Shown: positions 1 to 8,629, numbered from the stretch's first letter. The stretch: 32,000 nt of DNA from Nostoc punctiforme PCC 73102 (GCF_000020025.1 NC_010628.1:7320001-7352000); one strand, 5' to 3'. Notes: generated from the sequence alone by a model not told the origin. A program made the numbers and translations.

Positions 1-968
1 ATCAGCGTTGGATAGACGTTCCCTGGTTTTTTGCAGAAACTTATTTTTATCGGTTAATTCTAGAAATTACTGATTACTTCCGCTCTAGTATATGGCAACC
101 TATCGATCCATTTCAATTGCAAAAATCTCAGGGTTTAGAAGCGTCTCTTGACTCGACTATTCTTCTATGTACTCAGCTGAATAAATGGTTGGAAGATTCT
201 GAAGTTGATGTTCCATCAAACTATAGAGCTTTAATTGCACTCTTATATTTTGCTTTGTGGGGAAATCGAGTTGACTTGAGTTTATGGTCAGCATTTGAGG
301 ACGACCGGAGCCGTTTTGATATTCAAAATCAACTAGCTCATATCTTAGTAAATGATGCCTTCCAAATTAATGAATTATTAACTCTTTCTCAAGGAGATCG
401 CATTGATTTTGTTTTAGACAATGCTGGTTTTGAACTTGTCTGTGACTTATGCTTAGTAGATTTATTATTAAGTAGCAACTTAGTTAATCAAGTTTACCTG
501 CACCTGAAACCCCATCCTACTTTCGTTTCTGATGCCATGATTAAGGATGTACATGAGACAACAAGTTTTTTAGCCGCTACTAGTCATGAACAAGTAACAT
601 CTTTTGCTCAAAGGTTGGAGGAGCATATTGCATCAAGGCATTTAGTGTTGTCTGAAGATTACTTTTGGACATCACCTTTAGCATTTTGGGAAATACCCAA
701 CTCCCTCAATAATGAGTTAACTAATGCCAGTTTAATTATAGTCAAAGGAGATGCAAATTATCGTCGGTTATTAGGCGATCGCCATTGGGATATTACTACT
801 AGCTTTGCAGATATAGTCTGCTATTTTCCTGCACCAATAGTAGCATTACGCACCCTGAAGTCGGAAGTAGCAGTAGGTTTAAAATCTGAGGTTGTTGAGA
901 AAGTAGCAAAATCTGACCATTCTTGGTTGACCAATGGACAATGGGGTGTCATTCAGTTCGTGCCTTAG
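1..968 (+). CDS. DUF89 / ARMT1-like damage-control phosphatase family protein (5' end lies outside the window)
   Basis: The frame is open from base 3 (QRWIDVPWFFAETYFYRLILEITDYF...), so the listed start at 117 (TTG) is internal. The C-terminal KGDANYRRLLGDRHW motif is typical of DUF89. Confidence 0.75.
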   Translation, partial: QRWIDVPWFFAETYFYRLILEITDYFRSSIWQPIDPFQLQKSQGLEASLDSTILLCTQLNKWLEDSEVDVPSNYRALIALLYFALWGNRVDLSLWSAFEDDRSRFDIQNQLAHILVNDAFQINELLTLSQGDRIDFVLDNAGFELVCDLCLVDLLLSSNLVNQVYLHLKPHPTFVSDAMIKDVHETTSFLAATSHEQVTSFAQRLEEHIASRHLVLSEDYFWTSPLAFWEIPNSLNNELTNASLIIVKGDANYRRLLGDRHWDITTSFADIVCYFPAPIVALRTLKSEVAVGLKSEVVEKVAKSDHSWLTNGQWGVIQFVP

Positions 969-1083
969 TAATACAACATATAAAAAAAGCCCTGGCTTTT
1001 GAGTAACTGTTAAAGGAAGAGGGGCGAGACAAAGGAGAGACTTGTTGAATAATCCCCTCCTTGACCCCTTCTCCACTTCACCA

Positions 1084-2283
1084 TTACTTGACTTTCAGTG
1101 CCGACTTACCTAATGACTGACAAATAACGTCATTTTGTGGTGTATGGATACGGCTGCACAGAACGTCACGGTAGTGTCGCTCTAAAGGATTCCTTTTTAA
1201 CATACCAGGATTACCAGTTAGTTCTAAGGCAATCTCCACAGCACGAATCGAGTTAGTTGTAGTAAGGTATTTAACAGCTTGTGCCTGTAATCCTACGTTA
1301 GGATCGTACTCGCCCCGATCGATATCTTCAGCCAAACTATAAATTAATCTATTGTTAGCAAATAGCAGTACTTCTATTTCACCCACGGCAGTTTGGAAGC
1401 GTGGCAGAGTTGCCAGTGGTTCTTTGAGATTAGAAGGCGATCGCTCCCAAAGATATTTAACCAGCCAGTCTCGCGCACTGGTAGCCACACCGAGATATAA
1501 AGCACTCACTGTCAAACTGCCCCAAGTGGAAATCAGTGGATCAAGTGATGGTGCAGCAGATATGGGACTGAGATTCAGGGCGTACTCTAAGGGAATTAAT
1601 ACATTCTCCAAAATCAAATCGTGGCTACCTGTAGCTCTCATCCCCAAGTGATCCCAGGTTTCGACAATTTGCAAACCGGGCAAATCGCGCGGAACCAAAA
1701 AATTGCCAACTTGCGGTTCATCTTCAGTTGTCCGTGCCCAAACAACAAAGTAACTGAGGATGGGACTACCCGTAGTGTATTGCTTGTGGCCTGTTAAACG
1801 CCAACCCTCTGTTGTATGTTCGGCAATTGTGGCAGGTAATCCGCCTCTAGCTGGCGTTCCTAACTCTGGTTCAACACGGGCCGCATTGATCAGGGCAATA
1901 CCTTCAATGGATTCACGACACAACCGTTTATATACTTCTGGATGCCAGCGACGGCTACGGGCCGCATTGGCATGTTGAAGATAGTGCATCGTCAGTACTA
2001 GCGCGGTTGAAGCATCGCCACGCGCTATCCCTTCAATGACTCGGCAGATAGTTGATAGCCCTAAACCCTCACCACCTAATTCACGGGGAATGGTGAGGCT
2101 GAGTAATTTTGCCTCATGCAAAGCTGTAAAATTCTCGAAGGGAAAGGAACCCTCTTTATCGTGTGCGCCTGCACGGGTGGCAAAGTCTTTAGCTAGAGCC
2201 TCAACCTGGTCGAAAATATTGGGAGGAGTTTCTAAGCTTTTGGTTACAAAGGTGTCTGGCAGTGCTTGCTCTAACTGTGACAT
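1084..2283 (-). CDS. acyl-CoA dehydrogenase family protein
   Basis: The ORF has ACAD-like architecture and length (about 400 aa). The ATG at 2283 sits 7 nt downstream of AAAGGAG and is preferred over the GTG at 2304. Confidence 0.85.
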   Translation of the reverse strand: MSQLEQALPDTFVTKSLETPPNIFDQVEALAKDFATRAGAHDKEGSFPFENFTALHEAKLLSLTIPRELGGEGLGLSTICRVIEGIARGDASTALVLTMHYLQHANAARSRRWHPEVYKRLCRESIEGIALINAARVEPELGTPARGGLPATIAEHTTEGWRLTGHKQYTTGSPILSYFVVWARTTEDEPQVGNFLVPRDLPGLQIVETWDHLGMRATGSHDLILENVLIPLEYALNLSPISAAPSLDPLISTWGSLTVSALYLGVATSARDWLVKYLWERSPSNLKEPLATLPRFQTAVGEIEVLLFANNRLIYSLAEDIDRGEYDPNVGLQAQAVKYLTTTNSIRAVEIALELTGNPGMLKRNPLERHYRDVLCSRIHTPQNDVICQSLGKSALKVK

Positions 2284-2454
2284 AAATACTCCTTTAAAGC
2301 TCACTTTACTCTCATCCCACGAAAAATTGATGTTCCTGCAAACTTAATATAGGACTTATTTTAACCCTCTCTCTAGTTACCAAGAATTGGAAGCGGTCGC
2401 ATCTGTGGTAGAAGTAGATACAGGCTAGCTCAAATGCTTCCACTTGCTGGGATG

Positions 2455-2700
2455 GGAATGCAGTATGAACCCATTCGGTTATGTGGAGCTTGTTATGGCG
2501 AAAATCCCTGCGATCACAAAACTTATGGACAAAAGTTGCAAGAAGCAGCAGAGAAACTAGGTGTATCGTTGCAAACGGTACAAAGGTTAGTAAAAACTGG
2601 GAACAAGATTATTTAGTCGGACTCACTCAAACAGGCAGGACTGATAAAGGACAATATGCACGCCACACAAGCGTTTGAATTCTTCCGGTTTGGGGTTCTT
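2455..2700 (+). pseudogene. N-terminal fragment of a Tn7-like TnsB (Mu-type) transposase, frameshifted and truncated
   Basis: The ORFs 2434-2616 and 2481-2678 join across a 1-nt deficit in the A-run at 2592-2596. The joined reading is PCDHKTYGQKLQEAAEKLGVSLQTVQRLVK/NWEQDYLVGLTQTGRTDKGQY, which matches the remembered HTH region of cyanobacterial TnsB. Confidence 0.6.
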
Positions 2701-2796
2701 TACCTTTTCGTAGGCCAATAAAGCTCTTACCTACTTGTCCCACGCTCATGAGACTTTTGCAAGAGACTCCATGAGTTGCGTAATCTCAAATTCCTT

Positions 2797-2825
2797 GTAG
2801 AGACGTTGCATTTCAACGTCTCTAC
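2797..2825. terminator. Perfect 12-bp hairpin of the GTAGAGAC...GTCTCTAC family, about 40 nt downstream of queF
   Basis: gtagagacgttg-cattt-caacgtctctac, read directly from the sequence. It lies just past the queF stop on the minus strand. Confidence 0.5.
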
Positions 2826-2864
2826 ATCCAGATTCATTATTCTATTCCGCAACACCCAAAGTTT

Positions 2865-3287
2865 TTATGATGGGTACTTGTGATGACGCACTTCAACCAC
2901 AGTATGTACATTGCCACGAGGCGTAAAATCTGCTTTCACAGTGGCTTCTAACGGGTCACAAGCAGCCACAAAGTCATCCAAAATTTGGTTGGCAGATTCT
3001 TCGTGGGAAATATAGCGATCGCGGTAACTGTTAATGTAAAGTTTAAGCGCCTTCAATTCTACTACCCGTTCATCAGGTATATATGTAACGTAAATTGTCG
3101 CAAAGTCAGGATAGCCGGAAAACGGACATTTACAAGTAAATTCCGGCAAAGTAATATTAATGTCATATCGTCTCCCCACACGCGGATTTGGAAAGGTAAT
3201 TAATTTACCTTCCGCAATATCGCGTTCACCATACTTCATTTCTTGGGTTGTCTGAGACACACTTTCAGGTAATTTGTCAGTTGTCAT
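2865..3287 (-). CDS. queF: NADPH-dependent 7-cyano-7-deazaguanine (preQ0) reductase
   Basis: 140 aa. The unimodular QueF hallmarks are present (EFTCKCPFSGYPDF ... HEES). Confidence 0.93.
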   Translation of the reverse strand: MTTDKLPESVSQTTQEMKYGERDIAEGKLITFPNPRVGRRYDINITLPEFTCKCPFSGYPDFATIYVTYIPDERVVELKALKLYINSYRDRYISHEESANQILDDFVAACDPLEATVKADFTPRGNVHTVVEVRHHKYPS

Positions 3288-3364
3288 TTGTTATTTGTCA
3301 TTGATTATTTTACTTATTTTTACGTCCTTTTATTAATTTTGTAGCTTTTTAACTCCTAACTCTG

Positions 3365-3445
3365 CCAATTTTGGATTTTTGATTTTAGATGTCTCCTCCA
3401 ATCCAAAATCCAATCCAAAATTCAATATTCCAAATCTAAAATTGA
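3365..3445. repeat. STRR-like AAAATCC/GGATTTT heptamer cluster forming an inverted repeat
   Basis: ttttggattttt ... aatccaaaatccaatccaaaa. It lies between two minus-strand genes. Confidence 0.5.
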
Positions 3446-3461
3446 ATGACTCCCACTCCCC

Positions 3462-3860
3462 TTAATACTCTTCCTTCTCCCAGTCTGGACAATTCTCATC
3501 TTCACAACCGTGGGGATGCATGGCACAAACTAACAAATTACCACTATAAACTTGACCGTGGTAATGAGTACAACCAATGCAGGCAGGATTTTTTTCAGCC
3601 GTAGGTTCAACTGAATAAGGAAAACCCGAATCTACATCTGCTACCATGTCTTCCAGTTCCCAGTAAGCCTCCAACATTGGTTCAGCTAAATCCTGTAAAT
3701 ACTGGTCGACTTCAGTAACAATATTAGGGACTTGCTCAGTAATTTCTTCCGTTAGCTCAAAAAAAGCGTCAACCATTTCACTCATTCCCAGGAAGAAACG
3801 CTCTACTTCATCAGCCACTGTTTCAACGATTTCTGCTAAATCCTTTTGCCACTGTTCCAT
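3462..3860 (-). CDS. Hypothetical acidic protein with a C-terminal Cys/His cluster
   Basis: 132-aa ORF. It has a highly acidic helical N-terminal half and a C-terminal CIGCTHYHG-x11-CAMHPHGC-x4-CPDW motif. I cannot name a family with confidence. Confidence 0.65.
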   Translation of the reverse strand: MEQWQKDLAEIVETVADEVERFFLGMSEMVDAFFELTEEITEQVPNIVTEVDQYLQDLAEPMLEAYWELEDMVADVDSGFPYSVEPTAEKNPACIGCTHYHGQVYSGNLLVCAMHPHGCEDENCPDWEKEEY

Positions 3861-4018
3861 AAACTTGACACCTTTGCAGGCTATAAACAGGACGCTTTAT
3901 GTTATCTGGATGGGAGCACTAGAATACACACTAGGCAATGTATCTTATCAAGTTTCTATATGAAGTGCCATGTCAAAGTGCCACTTAATTACTACTTATA
4001 TCGAGTAAAAAATACTTT

Positions 4019-4405
4019 TTATTGATCTCTTTGCAATCGTTTTAACTCGTTTTGCAGGTTTAGCACTTCTTGACGCAATTTATCCACATTCTCATCACTT
4101 ACTCCCTCTTTCACCGTTGGTTCTTCATCTTCCTCTAAAATTTCAATGCGGCGAGGTTCCGAAGGAGGTGTTTTTTCGGAGGTTTCAGCAGACGGTTGGG
4201 CTTGTTGGGCTTGCTTCATCATTTCCTCAACGAAGCGGCGGGCTTCTTCTGTGTTCATTTCGCCCTTTGCCACCATTTCATCTGCCAGTTTTTGGACTTG
4301 CGATCGCACTTGGGCTAATTTCCCCCCTGCTTTCTCACCTGCGTAAGAAGCTAATCCAACACCGAGGTAAAAAGCTTTTTGAACAATATCTCCAAAACCA
4401 GCCAT
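4019..4405 (-). CDS. Phasin-like (COG3937-type) coiled-coil protein
   Basis: The N-terminal MAGFGDIVQKAFYLGVGLASYAGEKAG motif is followed by charged helices. Confidence 0.65.
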   Translation of the reverse strand: MAGFGDIVQKAFYLGVGLASYAGEKAGGKLAQVRSQVQKLADEMVAKGEMNTEEARRFVEEMMKQAQQAQPSAETSEKTPPSEPRRIEILEEDEEPTVKEGVSDENVDKLRQEVLNLQNELKRLQRDQ

Positions 4406-4564
4406 TGTTGCTGACCGCTCCTAAAAATAGGGCGACCCGGAGACTACGCCTATTACAAGCCTCCCGTGTTGCTGCTACCTTCCGGTTCTGACAAGATTTG
4501 GGTGTTGCAATCGCATAGATCCAGGTCTTCTAAAAGCATAACATGAAAAACCAGTAAGTGTGTG

Positions 4565-4831
4565 TTATTCCATAACAATTCGCCATTCGTAAAGTTGATA
4601 GTTGACGCAGCCGTGTTTTACCAACGGGTCATCAGCGACAATTGCCTCTGCTTCCTCCTTAGAGGCTGCTTCAAACAGCAACATTCCGCCTCTTTGTTCT
4701 GCCCAATAGCCTGTTCGTGCTTTGTGTCCTTTAGCAATCAAATCCTGGATGTAGGCTTTGTGGGCAGGCACATATTGGTCAAAGGTAGGTTTATCTACTT
4801 TCCCTTCTTCAATTTTGACAAACCACGGCAT
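4565..4831 (-). CDS. YciI family protein
   Basis: 88 aa with the YciI-like pattern (VPAHKAYI ... DDPLVKHG ... YEWRIV). Confidence 0.8.
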   Translation of the reverse strand: MPWFVKIEEGKVDKPTFDQYVPAHKAYIQDLIAKGHKARTGYWAEQRGGMLLFEAASKEEAEAIVADDPLVKHGCVNYQLYEWRIVME

Positions 4832-4953
4832 TTACTTGCGACCTCTCATAATAAATTTGGATTTTGGATTGAGAATAATCAAAGCTCCTGAGCGAATCAA
4901 GATATTTTTAGGAGTAGCCCTTTCAAGGTGACTCGTAAAATATCTTAATTTTT

Positions 4954-5036
4954 CTCAGCGCTGCGCCAGTTGCTTTCCCGTAGGGGTACAAGTCGGGGAA
5001 CCGCAAGAGCGCACTGGCTTCTCTGTGACTCTGCGG
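4954..5036. repeat. Small dispersed repeat (SDR-like) element upstream of pip
   Basis: cagcgctgcgccagttgctttcccgtaggggtacaagtcggggaaccgcaagagcgcactggc. It shares the word CCCCTACGG (reverse complement) with the ABC-gene insertion at 16258-16266. Confidence 0.4.
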
Positions 5037-5068
5037 TTTATGACAACATTACTGATAAAATTTCTAAA

Positions 5069-6007
5069 ATGCGAGAACTTTACCCAGCGATCGAGCCTTA
5101 CCGAGAAGGTAGTTTACAGGTTTCCGACCTACATACCATTCATTTTGAAGAGTCAGGAAATCCCCAAGGTCAACCCATGATTTTGCTGCATGGTGGGCCT
5201 GGTGGTGGGTGTCCACCTTTTTATCGGCAATATTTCCACCCAGAAAAATGGCGGATAGTGATGTTTGACCAGCGTGGTTGTGGTCAAAGTAAGCCCCATG
5301 CTGAATTACGAGAAAACACCACTTGGGATTTAGTCAGTGATATCGAAAAACTGCGCCAACATTTAGAGATAGAAAAGTGGGCGGTTTTCGGTGGTAGCTG
5401 GGGTAGCACTTTATCATTGGCCTATAGCCAAACCCATCCTTCTTGCTGCACGGCATTAATTCTCCGTGGTATTTTTATGCTGAGGCAAAAAGAGTTGCGA
5501 TGGTTTTACCAAGAGGGTGCTAGCTATATTTTTCCTGATGCTTGGGAAGCTTATGTCGAACCAATTGCGATCGCAGAACGTGATGATATGATCGCAGCAT
5601 ATTACAAACGCTTGACCAGTCCCGATTTAGAAATTCAATTAGCAGCGGCGCGTGCTTGGTCAATTTGGGAAGCTAGTACAAGTAGACTTTTTTTAGACCC
5701 AGAACTCATGCAAAAGTTTGGCGAGAGCGAATTTGCTTCAGCTTTCGCACGTATTGAATGCCATTACTTTATGAATAAGGGCTTTCTTGAAACAGAAGAT
5801 CAATTACTCTTAAATGTAGACCGTATCCGCCATATTCCGGCTGTAATTGTTCAGGGGCGCTATGATGTAGTCTGCCCAATGATATCAGCTTGGGAATTAC
5901 ATCGAGCTTGGCCAGAAGCAGAATTTATAGTGGTTTCTGATGCTGGGCATTCGATGAGTGAACCAGGAATTCGTAGTGCTTTGATTGAAGCAACAGATAA
6001 TATTTAA
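5069..6007 (+). CDS. pip: Prolyl aminopeptidase (proline iminopeptidase)
   Basis: MRELYPAIEPY start, an HGGPGGG oxyanion motif and a GGSWGS nucleophile elbow. The ORF-track start at 4970 runs through the upstream repeat and is rejected. Confidence 0.93.
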   Translation: MRELYPAIEPYREGSLQVSDLHTIHFEESGNPQGQPMILLHGGPGGGCPPFYRQYFHPEKWRIVMFDQRGCGQSKPHAELRENTTWDLVSDIEKLRQHLEIEKWAVFGGSWGSTLSLAYSQTHPSCCTALILRGIFMLRQKELRWFYQEGASYIFPDAWEAYVEPIAIAERDDMIAAYYKRLTSPDLEIQLAAARAWSIWEASTSRLFLDPELMQKFGESEFASAFARIECHYFMNKGFLETEDQLLLNVDRIRHIPAVIVQGRYDVVCPMISAWELHRAWPEAEFIVVSDAGHSMSEPGIRSALIEATDNI

Positions 6008-6157
6008 TTAGGTTAAATACTTAGCTTGTAGAACGGAGAAGTTCGCCAAGAAAGGGGATGTTAAGACCAAACCTCCAACAAAGCAATCCCTTGTGAAATG
6101 GGAAACTTACACTATATGTAAAGCATCAGTGTAAGTAGTTCACTACAAAAAAGAGAT

Positions 6158-6790
6158 ATGCGAATTCTAATTATGGAAAGCAGTATGTTGTTGCTTCTGA
6201 CTGCGGTGACAACAGGCTGTGTCAGTTCTCCCTCTGTTACAAAACAGCCACAAGCCTTACCAGCAATCACTGAACAGCCGACGAAAGCAACTGTGTTGAC
6301 CTCGACACCTACACCGACTGCAAAAACTACAGAAAATTCTACCCCTCAACCCACTATTGCTACGAATCTGACGCGCTGTGAAACTAGCCAATTATCGGTG
6401 CGCCGAGTCTCCGAAGATGCTGGCGTTGGGAATGTTGCCGTCACCTATGCCTTCACCAATAACGCCTCATCCCCTTGCACCCTCTACGGTTATCCGGGAT
6501 TGGCACTACTGGATGCAAAAGATCGACCTTTGCAGGGGATTAAAGTTATTCGCTCCAAAGACACTTACTTTTCGAGTCAGCAACCTCGACAACAAGTAAC
6601 TCTAGCTCCTGGAAAACAAGCCTCATTTCAAATAGCATACAATCACATTAGTTCGCCCCAAGAAAACTGCCCAATTTCTAATAAGATTGAAATCACGCCT
6701 CCGAACGCTTACCAACACCTTACCGTCACAGAAGAAATCAAGCCTTGTACAGGCAAAGTCAGAGTGACACCAGTACGAGCAGTCTTGTAA
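6158..6790 (+). CDS. DUF4232 domain lipoprotein
   Basis: The signal sequence and lipobox-like LLLLTAVTTGC are followed by a Thr/Pro-rich linker and then a C-x-SQL...GNVAVTYAFTN...PCTLYGYPG domain. Confidence 0.75.
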   Translation: MRILIMESSMLLLLTAVTTGCVSSPSVTKQPQALPAITEQPTKATVLTSTPTPTAKTTENSTPQPTIATNLTRCETSQLSVRRVSEDAGVGNVAVTYAFTNNASSPCTLYGYPGLALLDAKDRPLQGIKVIRSKDTYFSSQQPRQQVTLAPGKQASFQIAYNHISSPQENCPISNKIEITPPNAYQHLTVTEEIKPCTGKVRVTPVRAVL

Positions 6791-6887
6791 ATTTATGTAA
6801 TTTACTAAAAAATATAAAAATAGCATAAATTTGATTAGAGCCTCTGATAAGTCCAGTATTGTACTGTTCAAAAAGGTTAAGGATTTT

Positions 6888-7679
6888 ATGCTAGGAATTG
6901 ATGTTGCCGATCAAGACGGCAGAGTAGATTGGACGGCTGTAAAAAACTCTGGTAAAACCTTCGCGTTTGTCAAAGCCACAGAAGGAGTTAGCATTAAAGA
7001 CTCTGCTTTTGTTCATCATTGGCAGACTATGAAAACGGTTGGTATTATTCGGGGTGCTTATCATTTCTTTCATCCCCATACATCTGACCCAGTTCAGCAA
7101 GCGCAGGAATTCTTAAAAACGTTGGGGAAATTAGAACCAGGAGACTTACCACCAGTTCTGGATGTAGAGGTAACTGACAAAGTAAATAGTCAAGCTGTAA
7201 TTAGTGCAGCTAAACTGTGGTTAGCAGAGGTGGAAAAAGCCTTTTTCCAACAAACAAAAAAAGCAATTAAACCAATTATTTATACCTTCCCCAGTTTCTG
7301 GACAGAACTTGGCAATCCATCTGATTTTGCGAGTTATCCCTTATGGATTGCCCACTACGGAACCCAGAACCCAAGTATTCCTGGCGCTTGGCAGGGACAA
7401 TACCTAATCCATCAATATGAAGGTGATATCTCTGGTGTCGCTGGTGTTAGTGGTCGAGCCGATTTGAATAGATTTAATGGTTTACAGCTAGGAGATTCTG
7501 GGCTAAGGGTCAAACAATTACAACAGCAATTAAAAGATATTGGATTATATACTGATGCCATTGATGGGAAGTTTTCTGAGTCAGTTAAGAATGCAATTGT
7601 TAGTTTCCAAACATCTAAGAAATTGCAAGCTGATGGAATTGTCGGTATAAAAACTTGGGTAGCTTTGCTGTGGATTTAG
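6888..7679 (+). CDS. GH25 muramidase (lysozyme) with a C-terminal PG_binding_1 domain
   Basis: GIDVADQDGRVDW, KATEG, GAYHF, LDVE and HQY motifs are present. The C-terminal LRVKQLQQQLKDIG...DGKFSESV...DGIVGIKTW is peptidoglycan-binding. The ATG at 6888 begins directly at the catalytic domain. Confidence 0.88.
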   Translation: MLGIDVADQDGRVDWTAVKNSGKTFAFVKATEGVSIKDSAFVHHWQTMKTVGIIRGAYHFFHPHTSDPVQQAQEFLKTLGKLEPGDLPPVLDVEVTDKVNSQAVISAAKLWLAEVEKAFFQQTKKAIKPIIYTFPSFWTELGNPSDFASYPLWIAHYGTQNPSIPGAWQGQYLIHQYEGDISGVAGVSGRADLNRFNGLQLGDSGLRVKQLQQQLKDIGLYTDAIDGKFSESVKNAIVSFQTSKKLQADGIVGIKTWVALLWI

Positions 7680-7879
7680 AATGGATCAGCTTACTCAATA
7701 AATAGACCCATACTCACCATAGAATTGATGTAAAGATAGGTGATGCCTTACATCTAATATTTAATTATTTTGATTAGCAATTCTAGTTGTTTTAAATATT
7801 TAGCTACTGATTGAAAGTCCCTCACTTTGCTTCGAGGGCTTTTCAATAAGTAGTTAGGCGTAAATAAATTAAAGTTTGT

Positions 7880-8045
7880 AGTGAGTTAGCGCGGTCTTCT
7901 TCCAAAGGGAGAGGCTAGCGCCTTTCCTTTGGGAGAAGACCGCGAACGCAAAGCAAAGCGTTTCGTAGAGAAGGGGGTTTCCCCATGAGCGACTAACGTT
8001 AGCGCAGCGTTAGCGAGTCTTCGAGCGTCACCCAGAGGGTAAGGA
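7880..8045. repeat. Composite cluster of small dispersed repeats, including a ~20-bp-stem hairpin (7889-7944)
   Basis: gcgcggtcttcttccaaaggga ... tcctttgggagaagaccgcg is an inverted repeat with 1 mismatch. It is followed by cgtttcgtagagaag and gagcgactaacgttagcgcagcgttagcgag motifs. Confidence 0.6.
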
Positions 8046-8140
8046 ATTTTTTTCTAGTAAAACTTGCTATGAACGATGAATTGCTCACCATGAACTAGTC
8101 CAATTAAATGTTTTTAATTATACTTTTATTCTAGCTATTT

Positions 8141-8590
8141 CTATATATGACTAGTATCTTGAAATGCACAAAAGTGAGATTTAACCTGGAAAAAACCTTT
8201 AAGAATTCGTTTGAGTGAACTAAACTTAACCCACCTGATAGCCGTAGTCACTTCTACCCACTGCCGTTTTCTTTTACTTGCTTCTGGATAATCTTCACTT
8301 AGCATCTCAACTGGTAACAAATACATCTTGACACGATAACTTTTGCCTCCTTTGCGGTACTTGTAAGTGCCCAGTTCATTGGTGTCTACCTGCCCAATTA
8401 CCCCTGCTTCTTCCCAAGCTTCTTTGGCTGCTGAAGCGGGTGGACTCATGCCATCAGGAATATCTCCTTTTGGAATCACCCAGTGTTGAAAGTTACGGGT
8501 TGTGATTAGCAAGATTTCAACTTTGCCATTGTTCACTCTATAAGGAATCACCCCAGACTGTTTAAACACTTTGCTAACTTTTCTACTCAT
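8141..8590 (-). CDS. NUDIX hydrolase
   Basis: The Nudix box is GDIPDGMSPPASAAKEAWEEAGV. Confidence 0.85.
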   Translation of the reverse strand: MSRKVSKVFKQSGVIPYRVNNGKVEILLITTRNFQHWVIPKGDIPDGMSPPASAAKEAWEEAGVIGQVDTNELGTYKYRKGGKSYRVKMYLLPVEMLSEDYPEASKRKRQWVEVTTAIRWVKFSSLKRILKGFFQVKSHFCAFQDTSHI

Positions 8591-8621
8591 ATAATTTGCA
8601 TCCTGTACGGTTTAGCTTTTT

Positions 8622-8629
8622 TGTATAAT
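8622..8629 (+). promoter_or_regulatory. Candidate extended -10 element (TGTATAAT)
   Basis: This is an exact TGnTATAAT match on the plus strand at the start of a 570-bp unannotated spacer. No good -35 element is present. Confidence 0.2.

Noticed and set aside
879-1076. 65-aa minus-strand ORF in the DUF89-ACAD convergent spacer.
   Set aside because: It overlaps the 3' end of the DUF89 gene and the spacer. Its composition is low-complexity and it has no start-site support.
1352-2347. Plus-strand ORFs (1352-1651, 1760-1978, 2036-2347) inside the ACAD gene. Similar antisense ORFs lie inside pgk, the ABC ATPase, accC and the DUF2157 gene.
   Set aside because: They are all nested antisense or off-frame within long ORFs that carry clear family motifs. 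They are typical shadow ORFs.
2434-2700. The TnsB-like fragment might signal an intact CRISPR-associated transposon in the window.
   Set aside because: Only the N-terminal HTH portion survives. No DDE domain, tnsC, tniQ, cas12k, tracrRNA/CRISPR array or end repeats are visible anywhere in the 32 kb.
4970-5068. 33-codon N-terminal extension of pip in the ORF track.
   Set aside because: The extension (MLSRRGTSRGTARAHW...) is translated from the SDR-like repeat at 4954-5036. Canonical Pip starts at MRELYP (5069).
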